DNA of 64,000 bases. Origin: an uncultured Gemmataceae bacterium (GTDB lineage Bacteria > Planctomycetota > Planctomycetia > Gemmatales > Gemmataceae). Below are positions 42,687 to 51,727 of this stretch, piece after piece. The translations under genes were made by a program, and so were the position numbers. The stretch covers positions 32,001 through 96,000 of the forward strand of contig CAVVPN010000004.1 of the NCBI GenBank assembly GCA_963750165.1, given 5' to 3'. Under the pieces are notes generated by a model, which worked only from the letters and a program-made list of their open reading frames with translations, had not been told where the DNA came from and ran no database searches. Position 1 is the stretch's first letter, and each line of letters starts with the position of its first letter.

Positions 42687-42744
42687 GTGGGGCGGGCTTT
42701 CCAGCCTGCCGAGCCGCTACGGCAGGCTGGAAAGCCTGCCCCAC
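42687..42744. repeat. REP-like palindrome
   Basis: gtggggcgggctttccagcctgccg / cggcaggctggaaagcctgccccac. Confidence 0.8.
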
Positions 42745-42871
42745 GTTCCCCAACCTGGAAACCGCGAACGTCCCTGCCGTGGGATACGATAATTCTTGCC
42801 CGGCGGGCGGAGTCGTGGAATGCTGGAGCAACCGTGAGAACCACCACACACTTCGCCCCGGAGGAACCCCC

Positions 42872-43873
42872 ATGAGCAGCGCCCACGCTTTGAAAGTCCG
42901 CTGGTTCGCCGGCGGCGTCGTGACCGCCGTGCTGGCTGCGGTCTTGCTGGGCGGCATGGCCGGCCAGTCGCAGCCGGACCCGAACGCGCCCGCCCCCAAA
43001 TTGCGGCAGCCCCCCGCCGCCAAAATCCCCGATGACGGCAAGCTGCGCATCATCGCCTTCGGCGCCCACCCCGACGACTGCGAACTGAAGGTGGCCGGCA
43101 CGGCGGCGAAGTGGGCAGCCCTCGGCCATCACGTCAAGTTCGTCTCGGTGACCAACGGCGACGTGGGCCACTGGGGTCAGGCCGGCGGCCCGCTCGCCAA
43201 CCGCCGCCGCGCCGAGGTCGAGAAATGTGCGAAAATCCTGGGCACTCACGCGCAGGTGCTGGACATTCACGACGGCGAACTGCTGCCGACTCTGGAACAC
43301 CGTCGCACCATCACGCGGCTGATCCGCGACTGGAAGGCCGACCTGGTGCTCAGCCATCGGCCCAACGACTACCACCCCGATCACCGCAACGTCGGCATTC
43401 TGGTGCAGGACGCGGCCTACATGGTCACGGTGCCGCACTTCTGCCCGGACACGCCGTACCTGAAGAACAACCCCGTTTTTCTCTACTACGAGGACCGCTT
43501 CACCAAACCGACGCGGTTTTCCGCGGACATCATCGTGGCCATCGACGACGTGATCGAGAAGAAGTTCGCGGCGGTGGCGGCGCTGGAGTCGCAGTTCTAC
43601 GAAGGCGGCTGCAACGGCGGCCCGCAGCTGGTGCCGGATCCCAGCAACAAGGCGGCCGTTGCCCTGCGCCGCAAGCAGGTACGCGATGGCTTCGACCAGC
43701 GCTTCCTGGCGACTGCCCAGCGCTTCCGCCTGCCGCTGCTGGAGTGGTACGGCGCCGATGCGGGAAAGCAGGTTCGCTACGCCGAGGCGTTTGAGATTTG
43801 CGAGTACGGCCGGATGCCGGGCAGGAAGGAGATCCGCAAACTGTTCCCGTTCCTTCCGGCGGCAGGAAAATAA
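42872..43873 (+). CDS. PIG-L/LmbE family deacetylase, secreted
   Basis: GAHPDDCE, VTNGD, YHPDH, AEAFE; N-terminal signal peptide. Confidence 0.9.
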   Translation: MSSAHALKVRWFAGGVVTAVLAAVLLGGMAGQSQPDPNAPAPKLRQPPAAKIPDDGKLRIIAFGAHPDDCELKVAGTAAKWAALGHHVKFVSVTNGDVGHWGQAGGPLANRRRAEVEKCAKILGTHAQVLDIHDGELLPTLEHRRTITRLIRDWKADLVLSHRPNDYHPDHRNVGILVQDAAYMVTVPHFCPDTPYLKNNPVFLYYEDRFTKPTRFSADIIVAIDDVIEKKFAAVAALESQFYEGGCNGGPQLVPDPSNKAAVALRRKQVRDGFDQRFLATAQRFRLPLLEWYGADAGKQVRYAEAFEICEYGRMPGRKEIRKLFPFLPAAGK

Positions 43874-43930
43874 AAGACGAATCACGAAAACACGACAGGA
43901 CGAAAACACGACAGAGAAAAAAAGGAGGGG

Positions 43931-44581
43931 ATGATGGACGTGCTGGCGGGGCTGCGCGCGGCGATGGTGGAGGTAGAGGCGTTCTACAAGGAGCGCGGCA
44001 TTTTTCAGGACAGGTTTGGCTTTGGCAGGCGACCGGCGCTGGTGGTCATCGACATGGCCTACGGCTGGACCGACCCGGCCTACGCCGGCGGCTCCGCCCG
44101 GCTCGATGCGGCGGTCGCGGCCCTGCAGCGGTTGCTGCCGGCGGCCCGCAGCAAGGACGTGCCGATCTTCTACACCACCTCCGCCGTGACCGGGCCGATG
44201 CTCAAGTCCGCCGCGGATTTCTCGCCGAAATTCCGGGCGTGGGATCAGCGCGCCTGTGAGATCGACGAGCGCGTGCGGCCGTTGCCGACGGACATCGTAC
44301 TGTTCAAGGAGCACGCCAGCGCCTTCGCGAGCACGCCGCTGGTCGGACACCTGATCGGCCACGGCGTCGATACGCTGCTCATCAGCGGCTGCTCGACCAG
44401 CGCCTGCGTCCGCGCCACCGCCACCGACGCCAAGAGCATGCAACTGCGGCCGATCATCGTCCGCGAGGCGGTGCAGGACCGCTCCGAGGTCGCGCACGAG
44501 TGGACGCTGTTTGACATTCAGGCGCGCTTCGCGGATGTGGTCAGTTTGGAGGAGACGCTGGCGTACCTGAAGGGATTGTAG
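43931..44581 (+). CDS. Isochorismatase/cysteine hydrolase family protein
   Basis: RPALVVID, KEHASAF, GCSTSACVRATATDA. Confidence 0.9.
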   Translation: MMDVLAGLRAAMVEVEAFYKERGIFQDRFGFGRRPALVVIDMAYGWTDPAYAGGSARLDAAVAALQRLLPAARSKDVPIFYTTSAVTGPMLKSAADFSPKFRAWDQRACEIDERVRPLPTDIVLFKEHASAFASTPLVGHLIGHGVDTLLISGCSTSACVRATATDAKSMQLRPIIVREAVQDRSEVAHEWTLFDIQARFADVVSLEETLAYLKGL

Positions 44582-44648
44582 ATCGCTTGCCCGCTTCATC
44601 GGTTCGCGCTGGCCAGCGCGAACCGATGAATCGGGCAAGCGATCTACA
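44577..44648. repeat. 72-bp near-perfect palindrome with GTAG ends, containing the stop codons of both flanking genes
   Basis: tgtagatcgcttgcccgcttcatcggttcgcgctgg / ccagcgcgaaccgatgaatcgggcaagcgatctaca. Confidence 0.9.
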
Positions 44649-46981
44649 GCCGCGCCCGCCGCAGCCGCAGCGCGTTCGCCACCACCGACAGCGAACTCAG
44701 GCTCATCGCGACACTGGCCCAGATCGGGCTGACGAGCACGCCCAGCACCGGATACAGCACCCCCGCCGCCACCGGCACGCTCACCACGTTGTACACGAAC
44801 GCCAGGACCAGGTTCTGCCGGATGTTGTTCATCGTGGCCCCACTCAGGCGGCGAGCGCGGGCCACCGCCCGCAGGTCGCCGCGCACCAGCGTGACGCCGG
44901 CGCTCTCCAGCGCCACGTCAGTGCCGGTGCCCAGCGCGATGCCCACCTGCGCCTGTGCCAGCGCCGGCGCGTCGTTGACGCCGTCGCCCGCCATCGCCAC
45001 GAAGCGGCCCTCCTGCTGCAATCGCCGCACCACCTCACGCTTCTCGGCTGGCAGTACCTCGGCGATCACCTCGTCAATGCCGAGTCGTCGCGCCACGGCC
45101 TCCGCGGTAGCGCGGCTGTCGCCCGTCAGCATGATGATGCGCAGCCCGTCCGCGTGCAGCAGCTGGAGGGCCTCCGGCGTCGAGGGCCGAATCGGGTCGG
45201 CGACGCGCAGCAGCCCGGCGAAGCGGCCGTCCACCGCCGCCAGGAGCACCGTCTCGCCGTCCCGGCGCAGGGTGTCCAGGCGCTCGCGCAACGGTTCGGC
45301 GTCAACGCCGTGCTCCGCCAGCAGGGCGGCGTTGCCCAGCACCACCGTGCGACCCTCGACCCGGGCCAGCACGCCCTTGCCCGGCACCGATTGAAAGTCC
45401 TGCGCCGTCGCGGGCTGCAGGCCGCGCGCTTCGGCACCCTTCACGATGGCCGCCGCCAGTGGGTGTTCGCTGCCGCGCTCCACCCCCGCGGCCAGGCGCA
45501 GCAGTTCCTCCTGCGAAAAGCCCTCGGCCGGCTCAACGCCCACCAGTTCGGGCTTGCCCGCGGTGAGCGTGCCGGTCTTGTCCACGACCAGCGTGTCGGC
45601 GCGGTGCAGCGTCTCCAGGGCCTCGGCGTTGCGGAAGAGCACGCCCGCCTCGGCGCCGCGGCCGGTGCCGACCATGACCGCCAGCGGCGTTGCCAGCCCC
45701 AGCGCACACGGACAGGCGATGATGAGCACCGCGACCGCGCTCACCAGCGCATGCGCCAGCCGCGGCGCCGGCCCCCACCCGGCCCAGGCCGCGAAGGTCA
45801 CGACCGCGACGCCGAGCACCGCCGGCACGAAAACGGCCGCCACACGGTTGACCAGGCGCTCCACCGGCGCCCGGCTGCGCTGCGCCTCGCCGACCATCCG
45901 GACGATCTGTGACAACAGGGTGTCACTGCCGACGCGCTGCGCTCGCATCAGCAGACCACCGCTGCCGTTGACCGTACCGCCCGTGACTGCGGCCCCCGCC
46001 GCCTTTTCCACCGGGATCGGCTCGCCGGTCAGCATCGACTCGTCCACGGCGCTGCGACCCTCGACGACGGCACCGTCCACGGGGATTTTCTCGCCGGGCC
46101 GCACACGTAGCAGATCGCCGGGCTTGACGCGGTCCAGCGGGATGTCTTCCTCGCGGCCGTCGGGGCGGACGAGGCGGGCGGTCTTCGGAGCCTGGCCGAG
46201 CAAGCGGCGAATGGCGCCAGTGGTCTGCGCCGCGCCCGCAGTTCCAGCACCTGGCCGAGCAGTACCAGCACCGTCACCACCGCCGCGGTGTCGAAGTACG
46301 GCTCGACGGCGCCGGCCAGCGTGCGGAAGCCCTCCGGGAAGGCGCCCGGCGCCACCGTGGCGGCGACGCTGTAGAGGAACGCGGCGCCGACGCCCAGCGC
46401 GATCAGCGTGAACATATTTGGGCTGCGGTTCACGACGGACCGCCAGGCCCGCACGAAGAACGGCCAGCCGCACCACAGCACCACGGGCGCTGTCAGCGCC
46501 AGCTGCAGCCAGTTGAGCGCCTGCATGTCGAGGTGGTGCAGCGGACTGCCCGGCAACATGCCGGTCATGGCGATGAGGAAGGCCGGCAGGCTCAGCATCA
46601 GGCCGACCCAGAAGCGCCGGCTCATGTCCGCCAGCTCGGGGTTGGGGCCGGCGTCCACGGTCGGCGTTTCGGGTTCGAGGGCCATGCCGCACTTCGGGCA
46701 GGCGCCGGGTGGTCCTGGCGTACCTCCGGGTCCATCGGGCAGACGTAGACGGTGCCGGGCGCGGGCGGCGGCGCCGGCGTGGCAGCGGCCGGGGAGGGGT
46801 GCAGGTAGCGCTCGGGGTCGGCCTGGAATTTCGCCAGGCAGGAGGGGCAGCAGAAGTAATAGCGCTGACCCTGGTACTCGGTGGACGCGCGGGCGTCGGC
46901 CGGATCGACCGACATGCCGCACACCGGGTCCGTGGCCAGGTTTGACGGGCGCAGCGACAGTTGCAGACGCGGCGGTTGCAT
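44644..46981 (-). CDS. copA: Cu(I)-translocating P1B ATPase with YHS domain; frameshifts near 46710 and 46230
   Basis: DPVCGM...YYFCC (YHS), [43 protein letters not shown] and MSLSS. Confidence 0.92.
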
Positions 46982-47224
46982 GGCGGTCCTCCTCTTCCTG
47001 GGCGCGGGCGACGTGGCGCTCACACCGCCCTCTATCAGTGTAGGGGCCGCGCTGCTTGGTAGCGGAAGTCGCCAGACTTCCGGAGCGGCGCCGCACAGGG
47101 CCGAGTCGCGCAAGGGGTTCAAGGCGCTCGACGTGCGCGGGAGCCTCTGACTGAGCTTCACCCGGCGTCGTGAATTTGCTCTGACCGTCACGGATGGTGG
47201 GGCGGCCCTGTCTTTACGCCGAAG

Positions 47225-47401
47225 CAGTGGTGCCAGGATCTTTATTATGAAGCGGGAGGCTCGAGCCGGGTGATCCGGGGCGGGAGTTGGGGCGGCCATG
47301 GCGTGGACTGCGCAGCGTCGTACCGCAGCAGGGACGAGCCGGACGGCAGCAGCTACTTTGTGGGCTTCCGCCTCCTCGCAGTTCCGTCCGGGAAAAAGTA
47401 G
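47225..47401 (+). pseudogene. Orphan C-terminus of an FGE-sulfatase/CLec-fold gene
   Basis: QWCQDLYYEAGGSSRVIRGGSWGGHGVDCAASYRSRDEPDGSSYFVGFRLLAVPSGKK-stop; no in-frame start or N-terminal part. Confidence 0.75.
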
Positions 47402-47537
47402 AGCAAGCAGGGCCGCACGGAGCCTGGAGCGGAGGCCGCTGGTCGTCGCCGCGAGCGGAGCGAAGCCGACGACCAGCGTGCCGCAGCGACAGGCGGAAAG
47501 CGCCGCATAAGTGGTTCAGCCGTGCGGGGTCGGTGGA

Positions 47538-47566
47538 TTGCGGGGCAAGCTTGACCGCTATATACT
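47538..47566 (+). promoter_or_regulatory. Sigma70-type promoter, probably producing a leaderless transcript
   Basis: TTGCGG-N17-TATACT, ATG 6 nt downstream, no RBS. Confidence 0.6.
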
Positions 47567-47572
47567 GGGCGA

Positions 47573-47869
47573 ATGAGCCAGGCCATCCGCGAGGTCGATC
47601 CGGGTGAGTTGCGGCTGCCGCCGAGCCGGGCCAGCGGCGCCGATCCGTGGAAACTGCACCAGCAAATCCGGAAGTTCGGCGCTTCCCGGGACGGGATGCC
47701 CCCCATCTTCGTGCAGGAGGATCCGGATGGCGTTCTGGAGATCTCCGACGGCGTGACTCGGGCCACCCGGATCGCGAAGCTCGCGCCGGGCGAGACGGTG
47801 CCCGTCGTGGTGATCGGACACTATCGCCGGAGCCGGGCCAGTTCCCCGCGCGTAAGGGACCGGATATGA
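47573..47869 (+). CDS. Small ParB/Srx-like domain protein
   Basis: MPPIFV...LEISDGVTRATR resembles the ParB PI.V...IDG.R motif. Confidence 0.6.
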   Translation: MSQAIREVDPGELRLPPSRASGADPWKLHQQIRKFGASRDGMPPIFVQEDPDGVLEISDGVTRATRIAKLAPGETVPVVVIGHYRRSRASSPRVRDRI

Positions 47870-48100
47870 ACGAGAACGACATCCGGGCGGAGTTGTTCGC
47901 CGCCCTGCGAGAATTGTCCGAGGTCGTCCCCGAGATGCGCCGGGCAACTCGTGGCCGCCGTCGGGGAATTGTGTGCCGACCTCCACGGGCGCGGCCTGTG
48001 GGACGCCGCCGACGCCGAGTTACTGGAAGCCGTCTGGCAGTTCCGCCGCAATTTCGAGTCGGCCACGGCCAGCGCGGAAGGGAAAAGTGAGTCGGCGTGA
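47866..48100 (+). CDS. Small helical hypothetical protein; frameshift near 47940
   Basis: MNENDIRAELFAALRELSEVVPEMR + GQLVAAVGELC...LWDAADAELLEAV; overlaps both neighbours by 4 nt. Confidence 0.6.
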
Positions 48101-48597
48101 ACTTGTCGCACACTTTACCCCAGGATGAGTTGCAACTGGCCCGGTTGACGGCCGCGAAACTGGCCCGGGTGATGCACGGCCTCATGTCGGTGGGCACGGC
48201 CTCTCTGGAAATGGCGTCGCCGACGGATTTCCTCGCGGGCCGGGAGCAGGTGCCCCTGGGCTTCCTGGAAGTGCTCCGCTGCGTCGGCGTGAAACCCGGG
48301 CATGCCGACAAGGTCGAATTGCTGCGGCAGCCGGTGCAGCAACTCACCGACCTGGCGAGGCAATTTCACGGCAGTTTCCTGGAACTGGCTCACTGGCGCA
48401 GCCTGCCGCCCGAGGATCTGCACGCCGCGCTTGACCGCCTTGGCGACTGCTACCTTCAGTTCTGCCGCGGGTTAGAAACGTTCTGCTCCCTGCTGGGGAT
48501 GGAGGCGAACTACTCCGATCAGGCACGGCAAGATCGCGCCCTGCTGGAAGGCTTTTTCCAGACACTCCCCGTGCCGCAGGCGGCACCCACCACTTGA
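48097..48597 (+). CDS. Hypothetical helical protein
   Basis: 166-aa ORF with GTGA overlap and coding-like codon use. Confidence 0.6.
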   Translation: MNLSHTLPQDELQLARLTAAKLARVMHGLMSVGTASLEMASPTDFLAGREQVPLGFLEVLRCVGVKPGHADKVELLRQPVQQLTDLARQFHGSFLELAHWRSLPPEDLHAALDRLGDCYLQFCRGLETFCSLLGMEANYSDQARQDRALLEGFFQTLPVPQAAPTT

Positions 48598-48661
48598 GGC
48601 GTCGCTCGGTAGCCCAAGTCGTGCGACCGCGGACAGCGCGTCCGAAGTCGCACGACTCCGG

Positions 48662-50035
48662 CTACCCGGGGCGCTGCTGCGGCGGCGGCGCCGGCGGCTG
48701 CTCCAACCGCACCAGCGTCCACTGCTGCGTGCGGTCGGTGCCGAAATGCACGAGCATGTTCGTCTGCGGCTGCGTCAGGTTGCCGATGCCCGTCTCGTAC
48801 ACCACGTCCTTGCGGTCGCCGATGATCCAGGCGGCCCGCTGCGTCTTCGGATCAACGCTGCCAAACACCGGCAATGAGGTGTCGCTCAGGGCGTTGTAGT
48901 AGTTGCCGCGGAGGACGCCGTTCGCGTTGATCGCCAGCTGGAAGATGTGCGTGGCCTCCTTCTCGTCGCTCTGGATGGCGCCGAAGACGCCCAGCGGCTC
49001 CCACGGCCCGTTGTCCGGCGCCGGTGCCTGCACGCCCTGCTGCGCCAGGGCGGCGGCCTGCTGGGCGTACTGGTCGGCGGTGGTGATCGGGGCGCCGTTG
49101 TAATATACGTTGTTGCCCTGATACACAAGGGTGCCGCCGTAGTCGTAATAGATGGGCACCACCGGGAAGCGGCAGAAGTTCACCAGCCGGTTCCAGTTCA
49201 CGAAGTTCCAGTAGGCCAGCGGGCTCCAGCCGAACGGCCGCCAGGCGCGCGGGTGAGCAGTGTACCACGTCGGCGAGAAGTAGTGGTAGTGCGCGAAGTT
49301 TCGGCGGACGTAGTTGGCGCGATTGTACAGCGCGTAGTTGTTGACGAAGGTGGTGTGGTGACCGACCGCGACCGGCCGGGCGATCGGGTAGTGGACACCG
49401 TGGTAGGGCCCGACGGTGACCCGCGGCGTGATCACGACATGGCTGCCCGGCCCCACTACCGCGGGCGGCCTCGGCGTGACCACGGGGCGCGGCGTGACCA
49501 CCGGCCGCGGTGTGACCACCGGCCGCGGTGTGACCACCGGCCGCGGTGTGACCACGGGGCGCGGCGTGACCACCGGCCGCGGCCCCGGCCCCACGACTGT
49601 GACCGGGCGGTGGACCGCGACGCCGCCGCCGTGGGGGCCGACCACGACGCCGCGGCGCTGGTGAACGACCGGGTGATGGACCACGACGCTGTGGCTCTCG
49701 TGAACGACTGGGTGGTGGACCACGACGTTGTGGCTCTGGTGAACAACCGGGCGGTGGACCGCGACGCCGCCGTGGGGGCCGACCACGACGCTGTGGCTCT
49801 GGTGAACGACCGGGTGATGGACCGCGACGCTGTGGCTCTGGTGAACGACCGGGTGATGGACCGCGACGCTGTGGCTCTGGTGAACGACCGGGTGATGGAC
49901 CGCGACGCCGCCGTGGGGGCCGACCACGACGCTGTGGGCCGGGCGGTGGACCACGCGCTGACCGCGCAGTTCCGCGTCCGCCGCGAAGAACGCCGCCGCC
50001 AGCAGCCCCGCCACCACGAGTAAGCGCTTGCTCAT
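48662..50035 (-). CDS. Secreted protein with His/Val-rich and TPRPVV repeats and a conserved planctomycete C-terminal domain
   Basis: Signal MSKRLLVVAGLLAAAF; WEPLGVF...FQLAINANGVLRGNY...TQRAAW...YETGIGNLT. Confidence 0.8.
   Translation of the reverse strand: MSKRLLVVAGLLAAAFFAADAELRGQRVVHRPAHSVVVGPHGGVAVHHPVVHQSHSVAVHHPVVHQSHSVAVHHPVVHQSHSVVVGPHGGVAVHRPVVHQSHNVVVHHPVVHESHSVVVHHPVVHQRRGVVVGPHGGGVAVHRPVTVVGPGPRPVVTPRPVVTPRPVVTPRPVVTPRPVVTPRPVVTPRPPAVVGPGSHVVITPRVTVGPYHGVHYPIARPVAVGHHTTFVNNYALYNRANYVRRNFAHYHYFSPTWYTAHPRAWRPFGWSPLAYWNFVNWNRLVNFCRFPVVPIYYDYGGTLVYQGNNVYYNGAPITTADQYAQQAAALAQQGVQAPAPDNGPWEPLGVFGAIQSDEKEATHIFQLAINANGVLRGNYYNALSDTSLPVFGSVDPKTQRAAWIIGDRKDVVYETGIGNLTQPQTNMLVHFGTDRTQQWTLVRLEQPPAPPPQQRPG
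49474..49955 (-). repeat. Intragenic tandem repeats: 18-bp (TPRPVV) and 39-bp (HHPVVHQSHSVAV) units
   Basis: Directly visible in both DNA and translation. Confidence 0.9.
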
Positions 50036-50060
50036 AGATTCCTCCGTTGGGGTTGGGGCT

Positions 50061-50977
50061 TCATTTGACGCGGGTGACCTTGACGGGCGCGATGTTCGGC
50101 AACTCCTCGCCATCGGAGGTGCGGTCGATGGACTGCCAGGTGAAGCTGTCGCGGTCGAGTGGGATCAGCAGGTTCGTGGCCTTGATCTCGGTGCCGTCGG
50201 CGTGGACGCCCGTGGCCTCCTGCGTCCAGCGTTTGCCGTCCCAGGTCCAGACTGCCTCGCCGAAACCGCCCTCGCTGTCAAACACCCACGAGCGCACCTG
50301 GCCGGTGCGCGGATCGCGGCCAATGCGCTGCGTGCCGGAGACGCTGTGGTCGGGGCCCTTGACGGTGAACTGCGCGATGAGGAATTTCTTGGGCTCGTCC
50401 CACGCATAGGTGGTCTTGACCTCCGTGTCCTTGTTTTTGGCGACCCAGCTGCCGACCAGCCAGTTCAGGTCGTTCAGGGAGTGCGGTTCGGTGGGCCAGT
50501 CGCGCAGCACCGCGATCAGCCATTTGCCGTTCTCGCGGACGTGCAGGATGCTGTACTTGCCGGAGGTGATAAAGTCTTTTTTGCCCTGGACGCGGGCATG
50601 ACCCTCCTCGATGGCACTGTCCTTGCTGACGAAGCGCACGGAGTCGGTGGTCATCTCGACCCGCAGACCGGGCGTTTTGGCGAAGTGGTCCTTGTAGGCG
50701 GCCTCGATGGCGGCGCGGCCGCGGATGGTGGCGCCGTTGTCGGCGATGTACTCGCCCTCCGCGGTCCACAGGGCGGCCAGCTTTTTGGCGTTGCTCTTCT
50801 CGACGGCGGCAGCGAACGCCTGCGTGGACTTGACGATGGCTTCACGGTCGGCCTTGCGCTCCTGTTCCTGGGCGCCGGCGCGGCCGTCGGGGGCGTCGGT
50901 TGCGGCAGGGCGCTCCAGCCAGCGGCCAGCAGGCCGACCAGCGCCACCACTGCCCACCTTGAACCTCGGGTGTTCAT
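50061..50977 (-). CDS. SgcJ/EcaC-like (DUF4440/SnoaL, NTF2-fold) secreted protein; frameshift near 50870
   Basis: Signal MNTRGSRWAVVALVGLL; LAALWTAEGEY...GRAAIE...GKWLI; LNWLVGSW; RSWVFDSEGGFG. Confidence 0.8.
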
Positions 50978-51007
50978 GACGATTCCCTCCGGGGCGATGG
51001 TGATTGT

Positions 51008-51056
51008 CCGAGCCCGAGCGCCAGCGCGGGGCCACCGCGCTGGCGCTCGGGCTCGG
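51008..51056. repeat. REP-like palindrome (22-bp arms)
   Basis: ccgagcccgagcgccagcgcgg / ccgcgctggcgctcgggctcgg. Confidence 0.8.
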
Positions 51057-51063
51057 CCAGGTA

Positions 51064-51492
51064 TCAGTCCCGGGGCAGTTCCTTGCCGTTGACGGTCTTG
51101 ATGCCGTCGCGACTGACGGCGCCGATGACGTATCGGAAGCCCGGCGCGAGGTCGCGGGTCGATAGGCCGAACGTTACCAGGTTGCCCTTGTCGTCGAGCA
51201 CGGGCTGCAGCGACAGCCTGCTGCCGCGCGTCGTGCTGACGACCAGGATTTCCTTGGTGAAGTCGATCTCCGGCACCTTGCCCGCGACCTTCCACTCCTT
51301 CCACACTTTTTCAAGGGTCTTCGGACCGACGATGACTTGCGGGGCCCCCTGCATCAGCTTCTCGTCCGCGACGGAACCCTTCCACTCCTTGCTGGGTTTG
51401 AGCTTCTTCTTCTGGGCAGGCGCCTCGGATGCCGCCAGCGCGATCAGCGCGACGGCACAGACACCGGCCAGCATGACGGACAAGCGCTTCAT
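51064..51492 (-). CDS. Small secreted hypothetical protein
   Basis: AGGAGG RBS; MKRLSVMLAGVCAVALIALAA; PEIDFTKEILVV. Confidence 0.75.
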   Translation of the reverse strand: MKRLSVMLAGVCAVALIALAASEAPAQKKKLKPSKEWKGSVADEKLMQGAPQVIVGPKTLEKVWKEWKVAGKVPEIDFTKEILVVSTTRGSRLSLQPVLDDKGNLVTFGLSTRDLAPGFRYVIGAVSRDGIKTVNGKELPRD

Positions 51493-51727
51493 GATGCCTC
51501 CTGGGTTTGGATGGGGGAAGGGCCGCCCCTGGGGTGTGAGACAGGAACGATACCCGCGGTGACGATACGGATGGGATAGCGGGAACGGGGCGCTTTTCAA
51601 GGAGGAAAACGCCGCTGGCGGTGGGCACCGCTTGCCCGCGCCGGCCGGGGCGTATAATGGGACACCTTCGTGGCACGGCTCTGGAGAGCCGTGCCACGAA
51701 AAACCAAACCCACAGAGAGTCGCTCGC

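Noticed and set aside
47225..47401. DGR template repeat or complete DGR
   Set aside because: No AAY-rich codons and no RT or avd gene in the window; at most a variable-region-like remnant
49474..49955. Regular repeats suggesting CRISPR or a non-coding array
   Set aside because: Units are multiples of 3 (18 and 39 bp), lack unique spacers and lie in frame inside a coding gene
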